DNA of 63,548 bases, filler included, from Octopus bimaculoides (GCF_001194135.2; 5 parts of 5 records of this genome joined end to end with filler, not necessarily neighbours in it); one strand, 5' to 3'. Shown: positions 28,004-41,339, counted from the first letter of the whole stretch. The notes: generated by a model from the letters alone, not told the origin. Program-made: numbers and translations.

Positions 28004-28309
28004 NNNNNNNNNNNNNNNNNNNNNNNNNNNNNNNNNNNNNNNNNNNNTTAATTAATTAANNNNNNNNNNNNNNNNNNNNNNNNNNNNNNNNNNNNNNNNN
28101 NNNATATACATATTATACATATACATATGTGTGTGTGTGTGTGTATGTGTGTGTTTATATAAAATATTCACACACACACTCTCACACACACACTCACTCG
28201 CACACATACGCACACACACACGTATATACATATATACATACATGTATATGTGTGTGTATGCACGTGTGTTTGTATATATATATATATATGTATGTATATA
28301 TATATATAT

Positions 28310-28341
<32 letters not shown>

Positions 28342-28899
28342 TGTATGTATGTATGTATACCTACACACAATCATACATACACTAGCAGATTCAGGCACGC
28401 ATGCATATAGATATGCATATAGTGTAACCTAGCTGTGCATTCTCATTATTCTGCACTTCCTTGACCTGTGTAAGATCGAATTTGCATAAAACAATTGAAC
28501 TGCTGGTGTTTAAAATGAAATATCCAATGAAAATCATTGATTTACTATTCAGGATAAATGCCTAAAGTGATACGTAGATACATTTTATGCATGTATGTCT
28601 ATATATGAATATATGAGTGTACGTATGTGAGTGACTGAGAATACATACATACATACGTACATACATACATACATACATACATACATACATACATACATGC
28701 ACACATGCACACACACCCATCGAAGGTAATTGGCGTGAAACTGCTATGATATTTTGCGACTTTGACTAAAGAGGAAAACTCAGCTGCGAATATTCTGTGT
28801 TGTGTCGATGCCTAATTTCCCGTTCGTTTAGTAATCATCCACTCGGCTTTCGTCTAAATTTTCTCCTTGTTGTATCCTTTCTGTTCAACACTTGAGACA

Positions 28900-28944
<45 letters not shown>

Positions 28945-28973
28945 GTTCATATATATATACATACATACATGTA

Positions 28974-29039
<66 letters not shown>

Positions 29040-29216
29040 CATAGATAGATAGATAGATTGATAGATAGATAGATATGTATTATGCATGTATGCATGTAGG
29101 TATGTGCTTGCAACCTTTAGGTTAGTTGAAAATTTCTTGGTGACATACTTCAACTTCTAAAGGCAAGTTCACTGCAGATACCGCGGAGGAAACATACTCT
29201 CATGATAAAAACACCA

Positions 29217-29282
<66 letters not shown>

Positions 29283-30436
29283 NNNNNNNNNNNNNNNNNN
29301 NNNNNNNNNNNNNNNNNNNNNNNNNNNNNNNNNNNNNNNNNNNNNNNNNNNNNNNNNNNNNNNNNNNNNNNNNNNNNNNNNNNNNNNNNNNNNNNNNNNN
29401 NNNNNNNNNNNNNNNNNNNNNNNNNNNNNNNNNNNNNNNNNNNNNNNNNNNNNNNNNNNNNNNNNNNNNNNNNNNNNNNNNNNNNNNNNNNNNNNNNNNN
29501 NNNNNNNNNNNNNNNNNNNNNNNNNNNNNNNNNNNNNNNNNNNNNNNNNNNNNNNNNNNNNNNNNNNNNNNNNNNNNNNNNNNNNNNNNNNNNNNNNNNN
29601 NNNNNNNNNNNNNNNNNNNNNNNNNNNNNNNNNNNNNNNNNNNNNNNNNNNNNNNNNNNNNNNNNNNNNNNNNNNNNNNNNNNNNNNNNNNNNNNNNNNN
29701 NNNNNNNNNNNNNNNNNNNNNNNNNNNNNNNNNNNNNNNNNNNNNNNNNNNNNNNNNNNNNNNNNNNNNNNNNNNNNNNNNNNNNNNNNNNNNNNNNNNN
29801 NNNNNNNNNNNNNNNNNNNNNNNNNNNNNNNNNNNNNNNNNNNNNNNNNNNNNNNNNNNNNNNNNNNNNNNNNNNNNNNNNNNNNNNNNNNNNNNNNNNN
29901 NNNNNNNNNNNNNNNNNNNNNNNNNNNNNNNNNNNNNNNNNNNNNNNNNNNNNNNNNNNNNNNNNNNNNNNNNNTATATATTATATTATATTATATTATA
30001 TTATACTATATTATATTATATTATATTATATTATATTATATTATAATGCGGGAAGCCGGCTGTGTAAAGGCTCCTGTATTTTATACGTATCCCAATCTGC
30101 AGTGCTAATCAGAGAACAGTACTCTTTATACATAAATCTATTCTTATTCTGTTGGACGAATATTGCTAAGACTTATTGAGCTATTTGGGATTTCATTCTT
30201 CAGACCGCGATAGAGAAAGAGAAAGGAAGACAGACAGATTTCCGGTTCAAGCCATATGATATATTTACAAATCATAACTGAAATAAGTTTCTTAAATATA
30301 TTAGAAATTATGTATACTGACGCTAAGTATCAATACATTATTTCTAAAGGATCCAAATTATAGATGAATGTGTGTGTATAAATGAATGTACAAATTTAAA
30401 GGATATATAACCTCTTCAACCTGTGCTTTGTATGAG

Positions 30437-30870
30437 TGGGACACCGAGGACGCAAGTATACTTCACCGACAGAAAGGTTACATCTGCAGCCTCTTAAACT
30501 GGTTTCACATGCAATGGCTAGTCCTTCGTGCTTTCTTAAGTTGTTTAGATTCCAAACCTATCTTCATTCGGCAACAATGGTTTGGACCCGATGGTCTTAC
30601 TCAAAAACTGTGGCCGCTGACTTCAATAGGCAATAAGGCCTCTTCCCGTCTTTGACAAGATCCTCATCAACCAAGATTTATTCATTTCATTAGAAATATC
30701 TAATCTAATCTGCCAGGGCATTGTACGTTCAGTCACGAGTGTTCGTTGGGCAGTCCTGGACAACAAGTTGTTTGGCCGTAGCGGTGTTAGTGCCCTGTCT
30801 TCGGGAAAGGTGAGTCCCAGTTTCAGCTTCACTTGCATCTCCCAGTCTAGAGCTTCATGGAAAGTAGGAA
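30437..30870 (-). mobile_element. Decayed RLE-clade (HERO/NeSL-like) non-LTR retrotransposon endonuclease fragment, upstream of GPCR copy 1
   Basis: Minus strand reads DWEMQVKLKLGLTFPEDRALTPLRPNNLL...VTERTMPWQIR, matching the HERO-type W.L.VDL...L.FP.....LRPDIVL...ELTVPWE pattern (recalled, not searched). Confidence 0.65.
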
Positions 30871-31510
30871 CCAAGTATTCCACATTGTCTAATAATCATT
30901 ATACAATGTCTAATAATCCTCACATATGAATAACACACGTGATGCTTTTTTAATGATATTTTCAGTCATTTTTAAGAGACTTTTTTCGAAATAATACATC
31001 AAAATACTCGACAGTTAACAGTATTCTCCGTTATAGTGGCGAGTTAAACCTACCTACGATAATGAGCGTCAAATTAATGTTTTTTCTTTATATCACTATT
31101 GGTAACGAGAAACATCAATATTGGTAATGAGAAAGAACTCCTTAAACCTTTCAAAAGGCGGATTGTTGCCCTAATCCCAGCGTTATGCATTCCTAAATAT
31201 AAAGCTTAGTTATTACAATTATATGTACAATCTAGATATCAATGAAAGTAAAGCCTAACATTGAAGGGGATTTCTTACCAATACTTCTTTAGGCATATAA
31301 GTAATGATTTAGATTTATTGAACAGATAACATTTTAGAAATATAGTAAATATGGCAGTATGTAATAAGAAAATCGACACCGTTATACATCAAAAACCGCT
31401 TTAAACACATGCCTGATGTTCAGGATATTCGCAAAGAGCAAGTCATTAGACTATTCATATTAATACTTGGAACATATCTTTATATAATATTATACTCTAG
31501 CAGAATACAT

Positions 31511-31536
31511 CTTTTTTTTTTTTCCTTTATCTGCAG
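31511..31536 (+). promoter_or_regulatory. 3' splice acceptor of a 5'-UTR intron, GPCR copy 1
   Basis: Long T tract + cctttatctgcAG|GTATAC, 210 nt upstream of the ATG; the same motif precedes all three genes. Confidence 0.7.
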
Positions 31537-31746
31537 GTATACAAAACTTGAACTCCAATTCTTCAAGGTTTCAGATTTCAATGGATTCCGCATTGTCCTC
31601 AACGTCAATCTAAACGTGGAAGCGAAATATTTAATCTAGGGATTAATTAATCATGATTATCAGCATTTCTCACAGACTAATCTAGCGAAGACAAGCTAGG
31701 ATATAATTACCAGAAAATATATTTTTTGGTATTTCCACTAGACAAA

Positions 31747-33762
31747 ATGGAAATATTTGTCACAAGCTTTTTAATGTTCAGCTTACTGATAAACCACACA
31801 GTTCAAACATCAACTATAAACAGAACTGAACCCTTCACTTGTCCACCAGTTTTGTGTTCGGAAAGCCCCAGGACAGACCGTTGTTCATGTCAGAAAGACT
31901 GCTATTTATACGATGAATGTTGTTCCGACCGTCTTAATCACACAACTTCTGACTTCGAGACTCCATATCCCTCAATGTCTTATAGTTGTAACAATATTAA
32001 TGGTGGAAATTACTATCAATTTCACCGCTGTCCAACTAACTATGATATAACGGAACATGTGAACAACTGTGAAAATCCTAACTCAGACGAACAACTACAT
32101 CATGTACCTGCTTTTGGTAAAACAAGTAAAAAACTCTATAGGAACTTATATTGTGCTCTCTGTCACAGAGAAGAATATATTTTGTGGAATGTTTCTTACC
32201 AATATTTCTCTGGGGATGATGATCCCAAAATCACTTTTGATAACGCTTCACATATTTTCAATAATGAAAGTAGTGACATAGACAAACAAGTCCCTTCTCA
32301 CGAATTTTACCAATATTTGTATACATGCACTTCTCATATTTCGGTTTGTGCGCAACATAGTACCAATAAAACATTAGAACATCTATGTGAGGACAATGGT
32401 ATGAGACTTGTTAATGCAAATAATACAGTGTTTAGAAATATTTACTGTGCACTTTGCAATGGTATTGAAATTGAGGATATCCGATGCGACATCGATATAC
32501 CATTATATGATTTTCGAAATCAAAAGAGAAAAGCAACTCCTTCTCTGATGATAATTTTTCGTGACCCTAAAATATCTATCGAAATACAATATAAAATGTC
32601 CTACAAGGAATATATTTCTATGCTCTCCTGTGCGAAAAATACTCTCTACGATAAGAATACTCAGGAATGCCGACAAATCTCCTCTAATTCTACTCTAAAT
32701 TGTACTACAACAAGATTAAATGAATCTGAGTATTACATCACTAATGATGGTCTTCTCTACCTGAATAAAACCCATCTTTTGCTGAATCAATCAGATTTCG
32801 GTTTTGATGAAGATGGTACAATTATCATCTGCGTAAAAAGTGTTATCAATGTATTACGAAAGTATTCCGATGTTGAAGCTTATATCACATTAGTGGGACT
32901 AGTGACCTCTATTCCAGCTTTAGCAATCACTATTATAGTTTATCTCTGTGTACCCGATCTCCGTACCTTACCAGGTAAATTACTCATTAGTCTTTTATCA
33001 GCATTGTTTGTAGCTGAGCTTCTCTTTCTTATCTCATCACAAGTCACTACATCTACAGTGCTGTGTAAAACTTTAGCTATAGTGATACATTATTCTTTTC
33101 TAGCGAGTTTCTTCTGGATGAATGTTGTATCATTCGATGCCTGGTACACTTTCTCAGGACTTACACAACTTCGAATTAAAAGAAACGGTACCAAGAGACT
33201 TGTATTTTATTCCTTGTATGCTTGGATCTGTCCATTTGTAATAGTAACAATATCACTGATATTTGAGTACACACCTGGAAATCATGACCTTTCTCCAGAA
33301 TATGGAAACGGTATTTGCTGGATTACAAACGGAAAAAGTCTGCTATGGCTGTTTGGATTCCCTGTTATGCTAATTTTGTGTCTTAATATAACAGCATTTA
33401 TCCTCACTATTAGAGGGCTATATATGTCTAGCAAACTTTCTGCGAAATATTTATCAAAACATAATAAATTGGAGTTCATTGTATGCATAAAACTGTTTTT
33501 TATTATGGGACTTACGTGGACATTTGCATTCCTGTATACCTTTACACAAATTGAAGAATTTTCTCTAATATTTTGTATTTTAAATTCTTTTATTGGATTA
33601 TTTATTTGTCTATCATTTCTCTTCACAAAGATCGTCTGCCGCAATATATTTAAAACATTTCATCTTATTTCAAAATGGCTTCCCACAGAATTTAGTGAGA
33701 TATCTTTAACTTCTCAGAAAACTTCATCGACAAAAATACCAACAAAAGTTTCGTTTGAATAG
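31747..33762 (+). CDS. Class B (secretin-like) / Methuselah-like 7TM GPCR with Cys-rich ectodomain, copy 1 (about 671 aa, intronless CDS)
   Basis: The ORF track starts at a TTG (31726); the first ATG (31747) aligns with the ATGs of the other copies. Signal-like N-terminus MEIFVTSFLMFSLLINHTVQT; SMB-like CSCQKDCYLYDECCSD; two RNxYCALC motifs. Seven hydrophobic segments carry Mth/7tm_2-type motifs (LRTLPGK, HYSFLASFFWMNV, YSLYAW.CP, YG.GICWI, KLFFIMGLTW, ILNSFIGLFI). Confidence 0.93.
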   Translation: MEIFVTSFLMFSLLINHTVQTSTINRTEPFTCPPVLCSESPRTDRCSCQKDCYLYDECCSDRLNHTTSDFETPYPSMSYSCNNINGGNYYQFHRCPTNYDITEHVNNCENPNSDEQLHHVPAFGKTSKKLYRNLYCALCHREEYILWNVSYQYFSGDDDPKITFDNASHIFNNESSDIDKQVPSHEFYQYLYTCTSHISVCAQHSTNKTLEHLCEDNGMRLVNANNTVFRNIYCALCNGIEIEDIRCDIDIPLYDFRNQKRKATPSLMIIFRDPKISIEIQYKMSYKEYISMLSCAKNTLYDKNTQECRQISSNSTLNCTTTRLNESEYYITNDGLLYLNKTHLLLNQSDFGFDEDGTIIICVKSVINVLRKYSDVEAYITLVGLVTSIPALAITIIVYLCVPDLRTLPGKLLISLLSALFVAELLFLISSQVTTSTVLCKTLAIVIHYSFLASFFWMNVVSFDAWYTFSGLTQLRIKRNGTKRLVFYSLYAWICPFVIVTISLIFEYTPGNHDLSPEYGNGICWITNGKSLLWLFGFPVMLILCLNITAFILTIRGLYMSSKLSAKYLSKHNKLEFIVCIKLFFIMGLTWTFAFLYTFTQIEEFSLIFCILNSFIGLFICLSFLFTKIVCRNIFKTFHLISKWLPTEFSEISLTSQKTSSTKIPTKVSFE

Positions 33763-34175
33763 TACAATTGTTGTTCGGAGAACGAAACGAATTTCATAGT
33801 TTTTCATACAAAGGCAAACAACATTTTCGGCCTTTGTAATGGGGCAATATGCTGCATATATGCTCATTAATAATAATGCTTCATATTATAAATGTATTGA
33901 GTGTACAAAATAAAGAACCTCGGTGTAAGTATGTGTATGAACTTGCATGTACTTATTGATGCATATATATCGGTATTCATATGTATGTGTGCACGTATAT
34001 CCTTGTAGCTCTATGCTTGTGCCGATGTGTGCGTGCACTTTTGCTCTCATTTGTTGTGACTGTGCGCATATATGTTTATACTATATATAAGAGTGAGAAC
34101 GTATGAGTGTGTGTTTGTGTGTGTTTGTGTGTGTTTGTGAGTGTGTGTACGCGCGCGTGGATGTGTGTCTGTGTG

Positions 34176-34217
<42 letters not shown>

Positions 34218-35146
34218 NNNNNNNNNNNNNNNNNNNNNNNNNNNNNNNNNNNNNNNNNNNNNNNNNNNNNNNNNNNNNNNNNNNNNNNNNNNNNNNNNNN
34301 NNNNNNNNNNNNNNNNNNNNNNNNNNNNNNNNNNNNNNNNNNNNNNNNNNNNNNNNNNNNNNNNNNNNNNNNNNNNNNNNNNNNNNNNNNNNNNNNNNNN
34401 NNNNNNNNNNNNNNNNNNNNNNNNNNNNNNNNNNNNNNNNNNNNNNNNNNNNNNNNNNNNNNNNNNNNNNNNNNNNNNNNNNNNNNNNNNNNNNNNNNNN
34501 NNNNNNNNNNNNNNNNNNNNNNNNNNNNNNNNNNNNNNNNNNNNNNNNNNNNNNNNNNNNNNNNNNNNNNNNNNNNNNNNNNNNNNNNNNNNNNNNNNNN
34601 NNNNNNNNNNNNNNNNNNNNNNNNNNNNNNNNNNNNNNNNNNNNNNNNNNNNNNNNNNNNNNNNNNNNNNNNNNNNNNNNNNNNNNNNNNNNNNNNNNNN
34701 NNNNNNNNNNNNNNNNNNNNNNNNNNNNNNNNNNNNNNNNNNNNNNNNNNNNNNNNNNNNNNNNNNNNNNNNNNNNNNNNNNNNNNNNNNNNNNNNNNNN
34801 NNNNNNNNNNNNNNNNNNNNNNNNNNNNNNNNNNNNNNNNNNNNNNNNNNNNNNNNNNNNNNNNNNNNNNNNNNNNNNNNNNNNNNNNNNNNNNNNNNNN
34901 NNNNNNNNNNNNNNNNNNNNNNNNNNNNNNNNNNNNNNNNNNNNNNNNNNNNNNNNNNNNNNNNNNNNNNNNNNNNNNNNNNNNNNNNNNNNNNNNNNNN
35001 NNNNNNNNNNNNNNNNNNNNNNNNNNNNNNNNNNNNNNNNNNNNNNNNNNNNNNNNNNNNNNNNNNNNNNNNNNNNNNNNNNNNNNNNNNNNNNNNNNNN
35101 NNNNNNNNNNNNNNNNNNNNNNNNNNNNNNNNNNNNNNNNNNNNNN

Positions 35147-35201
<55 letters not shown>

Positions 35202-35769
35202 TGTGTATATATAACGACGACCACTAAGTGGACAGTTAATGTGCTAGAAGAAGATCACATGTAATGTGTCTAGTAAGACCTAATAGTTCTCAAAAGAAAT
35301 TCAGCGAAATACCAAACCGTATGCTGGCAAGACAGTAAAAATTACATAATTAAAACATTATTATTCGTGGACCGGTTTCGAAATTAACATTCTCTTACCG
35401 AAAACATTTGTTTCTCTTCAGCAGGATTGTAAGGAAATCATAATTCTTAGAATCTTATACAACTTGTTCACCCCTAGAGGCGAACGAGTATATGGTTCTG
35501 CTAATTACAACTTAATGGTAAAAATCAAATGTCTTCGTTTTGGCGCGCTAATTCCGGAAATATGTCTGCAGAAATTGGTTACTGCGTCGCGTATATCCAC
35601 TTTGAGAACTTTATTATGGTTAATCAAATTAAAACATAGGGTAAAAAATCAGATATTAATTAATATCGGTTTATTACCAGATAATAAATCGATATTAATT
35701 AATAACTGTTTTTTTACCCTATGTTTTAATTTGATTATATATATATATATATAGTACCCACCACTTTGA

Positions 35770-36640
35770 CTGAGTACTGAAGCAACAGCGAAACCAGTCA
35801 GCTGTAGACGTGATATACCACGACTTTGCCAAGGCCTTCGACAAGGTTGATCATGGCATATGTCACAAGCTGCGAAACCTTGGTATTACCGGGAAACTTG
35901 GAAAGTGGCTGCATGATTTTCTGAATGGCAGGAGTCAGACAGTTGTAGTCAACGCTGCTCACTCTCAAGGGACACCAATTCTCAGCGGAGTCCCACAGGG
36001 AACTATACCGGGGCCACTACTATTTGTGGTGGCCCTCAGAATGCTCTCCACGGTACAGTCAGCCAATCTGACCAGTTATGCTGACGACAGAAAAGTATCG
36101 CAGTCAGTTAGGAAGCCAGAGGACATCATAAAGCTACAGAAAGGACTGAACGATATCTACAAATGGGCTAGCAAAAATGGCATGCAGTTCAATGCTATGA
36201 AATTTCAAGCACTCCACTATCGGTCCAACACCAGGACCAAAAGGTAATATGATCCCAGTCATATTCGATGCGTGACCTGAGGGTTCACATGAGCTATGAA
36301 GCAACATTCCATGTGCGTATTACCAAGATGGCAACACTGTGCAGACGAATGGCTGGATGGATTCTGAGGACATTCAGAACCAGGACAAGAGAAGTCCTGC
36401 TACTTTCGTTCTCGGCTACTTGGACTACTGCTCCCAACTATGGTCTCCAGAAAGTGTGAAACAAACTAGGGAACTCGAAGCAATCCAACGCCAATATACA
36501 AAGAAGATTGACTCGATGCAAAACATGGGCTACTGGGAGAGGCTAAAGGAGCTGAGTCTCTATTCTCTGGAGAGAAGACGAGAGAGAGATATGTGGTGAT
36601 ATATATTTGAAAGATCTTGGAGGGTTTAGCTCCCAATTCT
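35770..36640 (+). mobile_element. 5'-truncated CR1/Jockey-group LINE reverse transcriptase fragment
   Basis: VIYHDFAKAFDKVDHG, SGVPQGT..GPLLF, YADD, LDYCSQLWSP, LYSLERRRER; frameshifts and stops. Confidence 0.88.
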
Positions 36641-36721
36641 TGACTAATTTACTGTACATATTCTGTACACACACACACACACACGCGCACAAACATAAAT
36701 ATATCTGTGTATCTATATATG

Positions 36722-36781
<60 letters not shown>

Positions 36782-36914
36782 TGTATGTATGTATGTATGT
36801 ATGTATGTGTGTGTGTGTGTGTGTGTGTGTGCGTGCGTGCGTGTGTGTTCACACACACATATGCACACACATGGATATTTGTATGTATGTATGTATGTAG
36901 ATGAATATATGTAT

Positions 36915-39398
36915 GTACTGTGATGACAAGGAAGCAGTAGAGCCAGTTCTCGATTTTTTTAATGAATTTTTCTTGTCCCAAATTTACCTTGCACCAACAA
37001 GATATCAGAACATTTTAGAGCTTGTTTTAGTAACTACGGTAACACTATACGCAATATTACAGTGGAAAAACCCCTTCTTTCAGGCCACATCATGGTTCTC
37101 TGTAACCTGAGATTCCACCAGCCGAAGGCTAACCCTAGTGATCTCTCTCCAGCTCCATCATTCGATACCTTGATACCATGGTTTTCTATGATGTCGATAT
37201 GAAAGAGCTATCACATGTTGACTGGTCTTTCACGCATGCATCCACCTCCTCCAGCATCAAAATGTCTTGGCAGATCTTTGTAGACACTGTCACAAATATA
37301 TGTGCAAAATACATCCCACCAAGACCAGTGAAGACAACTAAGTGCAGAATTCCCCAAAACAGAAAACCTTTGTCGGATAAACAAAAAGAACTAAAACATT
37401 AACAAACTAAAATATTGCCAACAGCCACACATAAATTTGACGGCTATCGGCCTACTCGAATAAAAAAAACTGGGACTTAATTTATCGACCCCGAAAGGAT
37501 GAAAGGCAAAGTCGACCTCGGTGGAATTTGAACTCAGACTGTAAAGACATACGAAATACTGCTAAGCATTTCGCCCGGCGTGCTATTAATGCTGCCAGTT
37601 CACCGCCTTACTCTCTATGGTAATGCCAAAACCATAAGTGAGATACTGCAGAAACAGTACTGTTCTGCTTTCAGCAATCCTGATATGGTCGATCTGGACT
37701 GTATCAGTGATGTAAATCCTCAACACACTATTATTGGAGGTAACGTTTGGCGCCCCTGATGTCTTAGCGATAATGAACGAAATTATACACAATTCATCAG
37801 TGAGCCCAAACAGGTTCCTTGCTTGTGTCCTGAAGGTGTGTCGACACCAACTTGCCTCTCCACTTGCTAATCTGTGAAGGAACTCACTGGATGCTGGCTA
37901 TATTCCTGAAAACTTTGTCCCAGTCTGTTGTCCTTGTTTCCAAAAAGGGAAACAAGTCACTTGCAGTGAACTAACGTCGGATATCACTCACCTCGTTTAT
38001 CATCAAGGTATTTGAGAGGGTAGTGAGATCACGGATAACCTACTTTCTTGAAAGCAACAGACTACTGAACCCTAACCAACATGGGTTCCGTAATGGAAGG
38101 AACTGCCTAACGCAGATACTGCATCAACTTGATGACATTGTGAGAGCCTTGGGAGAGGGCTCGACTACTGATATCATCTACCTTGATTTCAGAAAGGCCT
38201 TTGACAGGGTGGATCATAAGATCCTCTTGAAAAAACTATCCAATATTGGTGTCCCTGGAAAGTTACTACAATGGATCGAGTGTTTCCTGATTGGCAGAAC
38301 CCAACACGCCGTAGTCGAAGGAATAAAATCAAGCCCAGCCAAAGTCAGTAATGGTATTCCACAAGGCACTGTTTTGGGCCCACTTCTTTTCATCATATAC
38401 TGACATCATCAAGTACAGTAACATAAGAATATTTGCAAATGATTCCAAGATCCAGGACATCAAAGAAGTGGGTAATCGGGCATGCCTTCAGTCTGATCTA
38501 CTGGCTGTCATCCAATGGGCGGAAAAGAATAATATGCTGCTGAACTAGGACAAATTTGAACTAATCCACTTCGGAAAAGAGGATACTATGAAACTCCCAC
38601 ACTCTCTTCCTTCACGTGAAAATCTCATGGCATTCAACAACATCAGAGACTTGGGAGTAATTGTAAACAACAACATAAGCTGGGCCGCTCATATAAACAG
38701 CAAAGTTGACATGACCCGCAGAATGTGTTCCTAGATTCTCAGAACTTTCCAGTCGAGAACTATCCACACCATTATCCTTCTTTTCTCCACTTTTGCCCAA
38801 CCCCACCTTGAATACTGTTGTCCACAGTGTTCTCTCTACACGAAAGAAAGTATCATGAAAGTTGAAGCGCCTCAAAGGTTACATAAAAAAAAGATATAGA
38901 TGGTATGACAGACTTTGACTGTTGGGGTCGACTAGAAGAGCTCAAGCTTTATTCTCTCCAACGCCGCTGAGAGCGCTACATCATCTGCATGATGTGGAAA
39001 ATATTCCATCAGCATTGCCCAAATGATGTCGGCATCGCCTTTAAGATACACCCAAGACTTGGGCCCCGTGCTATCCGCCCACAACATAAATTATGCTCGC
39101 ATCACATATCAACAATGCGGCACAATTATTTCACCTCAATTGATACTGTTCTCTTTAACATTACACTAAGACACATTATAGCAGAAACAGACCCCATAAA
39201 GCTCAAGAAATTTTGGAACAAATTCCTTCAAAAAATCCTAGATAAACCTCCTACACCTTACATATGTCTCCGTAAACAATAACACCCTCTTCGAGTGGGC
39301 CTTGTCCGATTCTTGATTTTAATGACTTTGCCAGGTGGTGCTATTGAGTTAGATATGGCCTGGGCCAATAATGGCCGAAACATATCAAAGTAAGTAAG
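36915..39398 (+). mobile_element. Degenerate CR1/Jockey-group LINE (APE end, RT, 3' UTR), interrupted by a SINE
   Basis: APTR..NILELVL, NPNQHGFRNGRNCLTQ, IIYLDFRKAFDRVDH, GIPQGTVLGPLLFII, RIFAND, LYSLQRR.ERY; ends in an AAGT-type short tail near 39398. Confidence 0.88.
37468..37612 (-). mobile_element. Nin/Deu-type SINE fragment nested in the LINE
   Basis: ttaatttatcgaccccgaaaggatgaaaggcaaagtcgacctcgg... breaks the LINE reading frame. Confidence 0.8.
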
Positions 39399-39559
39399 GT
39401 TCTCATGCGTATATCTAATTAAAACGTATTAACTAAAACGCATATGAAGCATGCTCCAAAAATATAGCCTGTGATTTGTATGACGTTCCCCACTTAGCAG
39501 TGCGAATGAGAGAATAGTATTCTTTATACATCAGCCTATCTTTCTTCCTTATTCTTTTC

Positions 39560-39768
39560 TACTCTAGGCACAAGGCCCGAAATTTTAGGAGAGGGGGCCA
39601 GTCGATTATATCACCCCCAATACGCAACTGGTACTTAATTTATCGACCGCGAAAGGATGAAAGGCAAAGTCGACCTCGGTGGAATTTGAACTCAGCACGT
39701 AAAGACAGATGAAATACCGATAAGCATTTCGCCCAGCGTGCGAACGTTTCTGCCCGCTCACCGCCTTT
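39560..39768 (-). mobile_element. Near full-length Nin/Deu-type SINE
   Basis: Same diagnostic core; head ...GGCGGTGAGCGGGCAGAAACG on the minus strand. Confidence 0.8.
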
Positions 39769-40019
39769 CTTCCTTATTCTGTCGGAAAAATCTTTCTAAG
39801 ACGTAGGCGCTATTTCCAATTTCTTCTTGGTGAGAGAGAGACAGAGACAGAGAGAGAGAGAGAGACAGAGAGAGAGAGAGAAAGAGCGAGAGGAGAAAGA
39901 GACACACACAAACAGACAGAGAGACGGAAAGACAGACTGATACATACACACAAATACACACATACACACATGTATATATGTATGTATGCATATACATATA
40001 TGTTTTGTCCAACGCTCTT

Positions 40020-40490
40020 CCAATAACTGTCACTAAAACTATTACAATGGTGCTAAGCCTTCTCTATCTCCAGCAAGTGTCTCAGCGTTGGCTCTGGACC
40101 CGAGGACGCAAGTAATCTTCAACGGCAGAAAGGTTACATCTGGTTGCACATGCAATGGCTTGTCCTTCGTGTTTTTTAAAGTTGTTTACGTTCAAACCCA
40201 ACTTTCATTCAAGTACATTGTTTTGAAATTCAAGATCTTATTCTAAAATTGTGGCCGCCGACTTCAGTAGGCAATGAGGCTCTTGCCATCTTTTTGACAA
40301 GATCCTCATCAACCATGTCCTGATATTTGGCTTTATTTGTTGCATTAGAAATATCAAATCTGATCTGCCAGGGCATTGTAAGTTCAGTCACAATTATCCG
40401 TTGTGAAGTCCTGGAAAGGCTCGTCTATCTTGAAATTCACTTGCATCTCTCAGTCTGGAGCTCCATGCATAGTAGGAACCACGTCTCTTA
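40020..40490 (-). mobile_element. Decayed RLE-clade (HERO-like) fragment, upstream of GPCR copy 2
   Basis: Minus strand reads RIIVTELTMPWQIRFDISNATNKAKYQDMVDED...LPTEVGGHNF (cf. ELTVPWE...KRAKYQDL...PVEVG.RGF). Confidence 0.7.
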
Positions 40491-41116
40491 CATTAGAAAA
40501 CATCTAATAATCATTATATATGAGTAACATACGCGATGCTTCTTTACTGATATTTTACTGATATTTTATAGAAACGTTTTCATAAATAATATATCAAAAA
40601 TACTCGTCAGTTAATGGTTTTCTTCATTATCATGGTGAATTAAATCTGCCTATGATAACGAGTGTCAAATTAATGGTTTTTCTTTATATCAACATTGGTA
40701 ACGAGAAGCATATTGGCAATGAGAGGCATATCAGTATAGGTAACGAGAAGGAATTCCTTAAACCTTTCAATCAGCGGGTTATTGCCCTAATAATTCTTTT
40801 GTATCCCAACGTTATACATTCCCAAGCGTAATACTTAGTTATAATTATGATATGTACAATCTAGATGTCAATCAAAGTAAAGCCTAATATTGTGAAAGAT
40901 TTATTAACAAAACTTCTTTACGTATATAACTAATGATTTAGATTTATTGAAGTGATAGCCTTTTAGAAATGTAGTTAAAATGGCAGTTTGTAATGAGAAT
41001 ATCGATATATACCAAAGACCTGTGGTTAAGGATATTCGCACGGAACAATTGATAAGGCTATTCATATTAATACTTAAAAAATATCCTTGTGTAATATTAT
41101 AATCTAGTACAGTACA

Positions 41117-41138
41117 TATTTTTTTCCTTTATCTACAG
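41117..41138 (+). promoter_or_regulatory. 3' splice acceptor of a 5'-UTR intron, GPCR copy 2
   Basis: tttttttcctttatctacAG|GTATAC, 201 nt upstream of the ATG. Confidence 0.7.
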
Positions 41139-41339
41139 GTATACAAAATTTGAACTCCAATTCCTCAAGGTTTCAGATTTCAAAAATTTTGCATTGTCCT
41201 CAAAGTTAAATCTAAAGTGGAAGCGAAATATTTAATCTTGGGGATTACTTTATTAATGTCAGTATTTCTCACGGACAGTTCTATCAAAGACAAACTAAGA
41301 TATACCAGAAAATATATTATTGTTTTTTGACAAGACATA

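Noticed and set aside
33282-33644. 120-aa antisense ORF kept in all three receptors (also 42845-43207, 52571-52933)
   Set aside because: It lies in the near-identical 7TM region, so its persistence follows from the sense-strand identity; no independent features.
39355-39390. GGCC-aataat-GGCC-GAAAC hairpin at the LINE 3' end (similar at 63165-63200, minus)
   Set aside because: No CUGANGA core; more simply a LINE 3'-UTR stem-loop.
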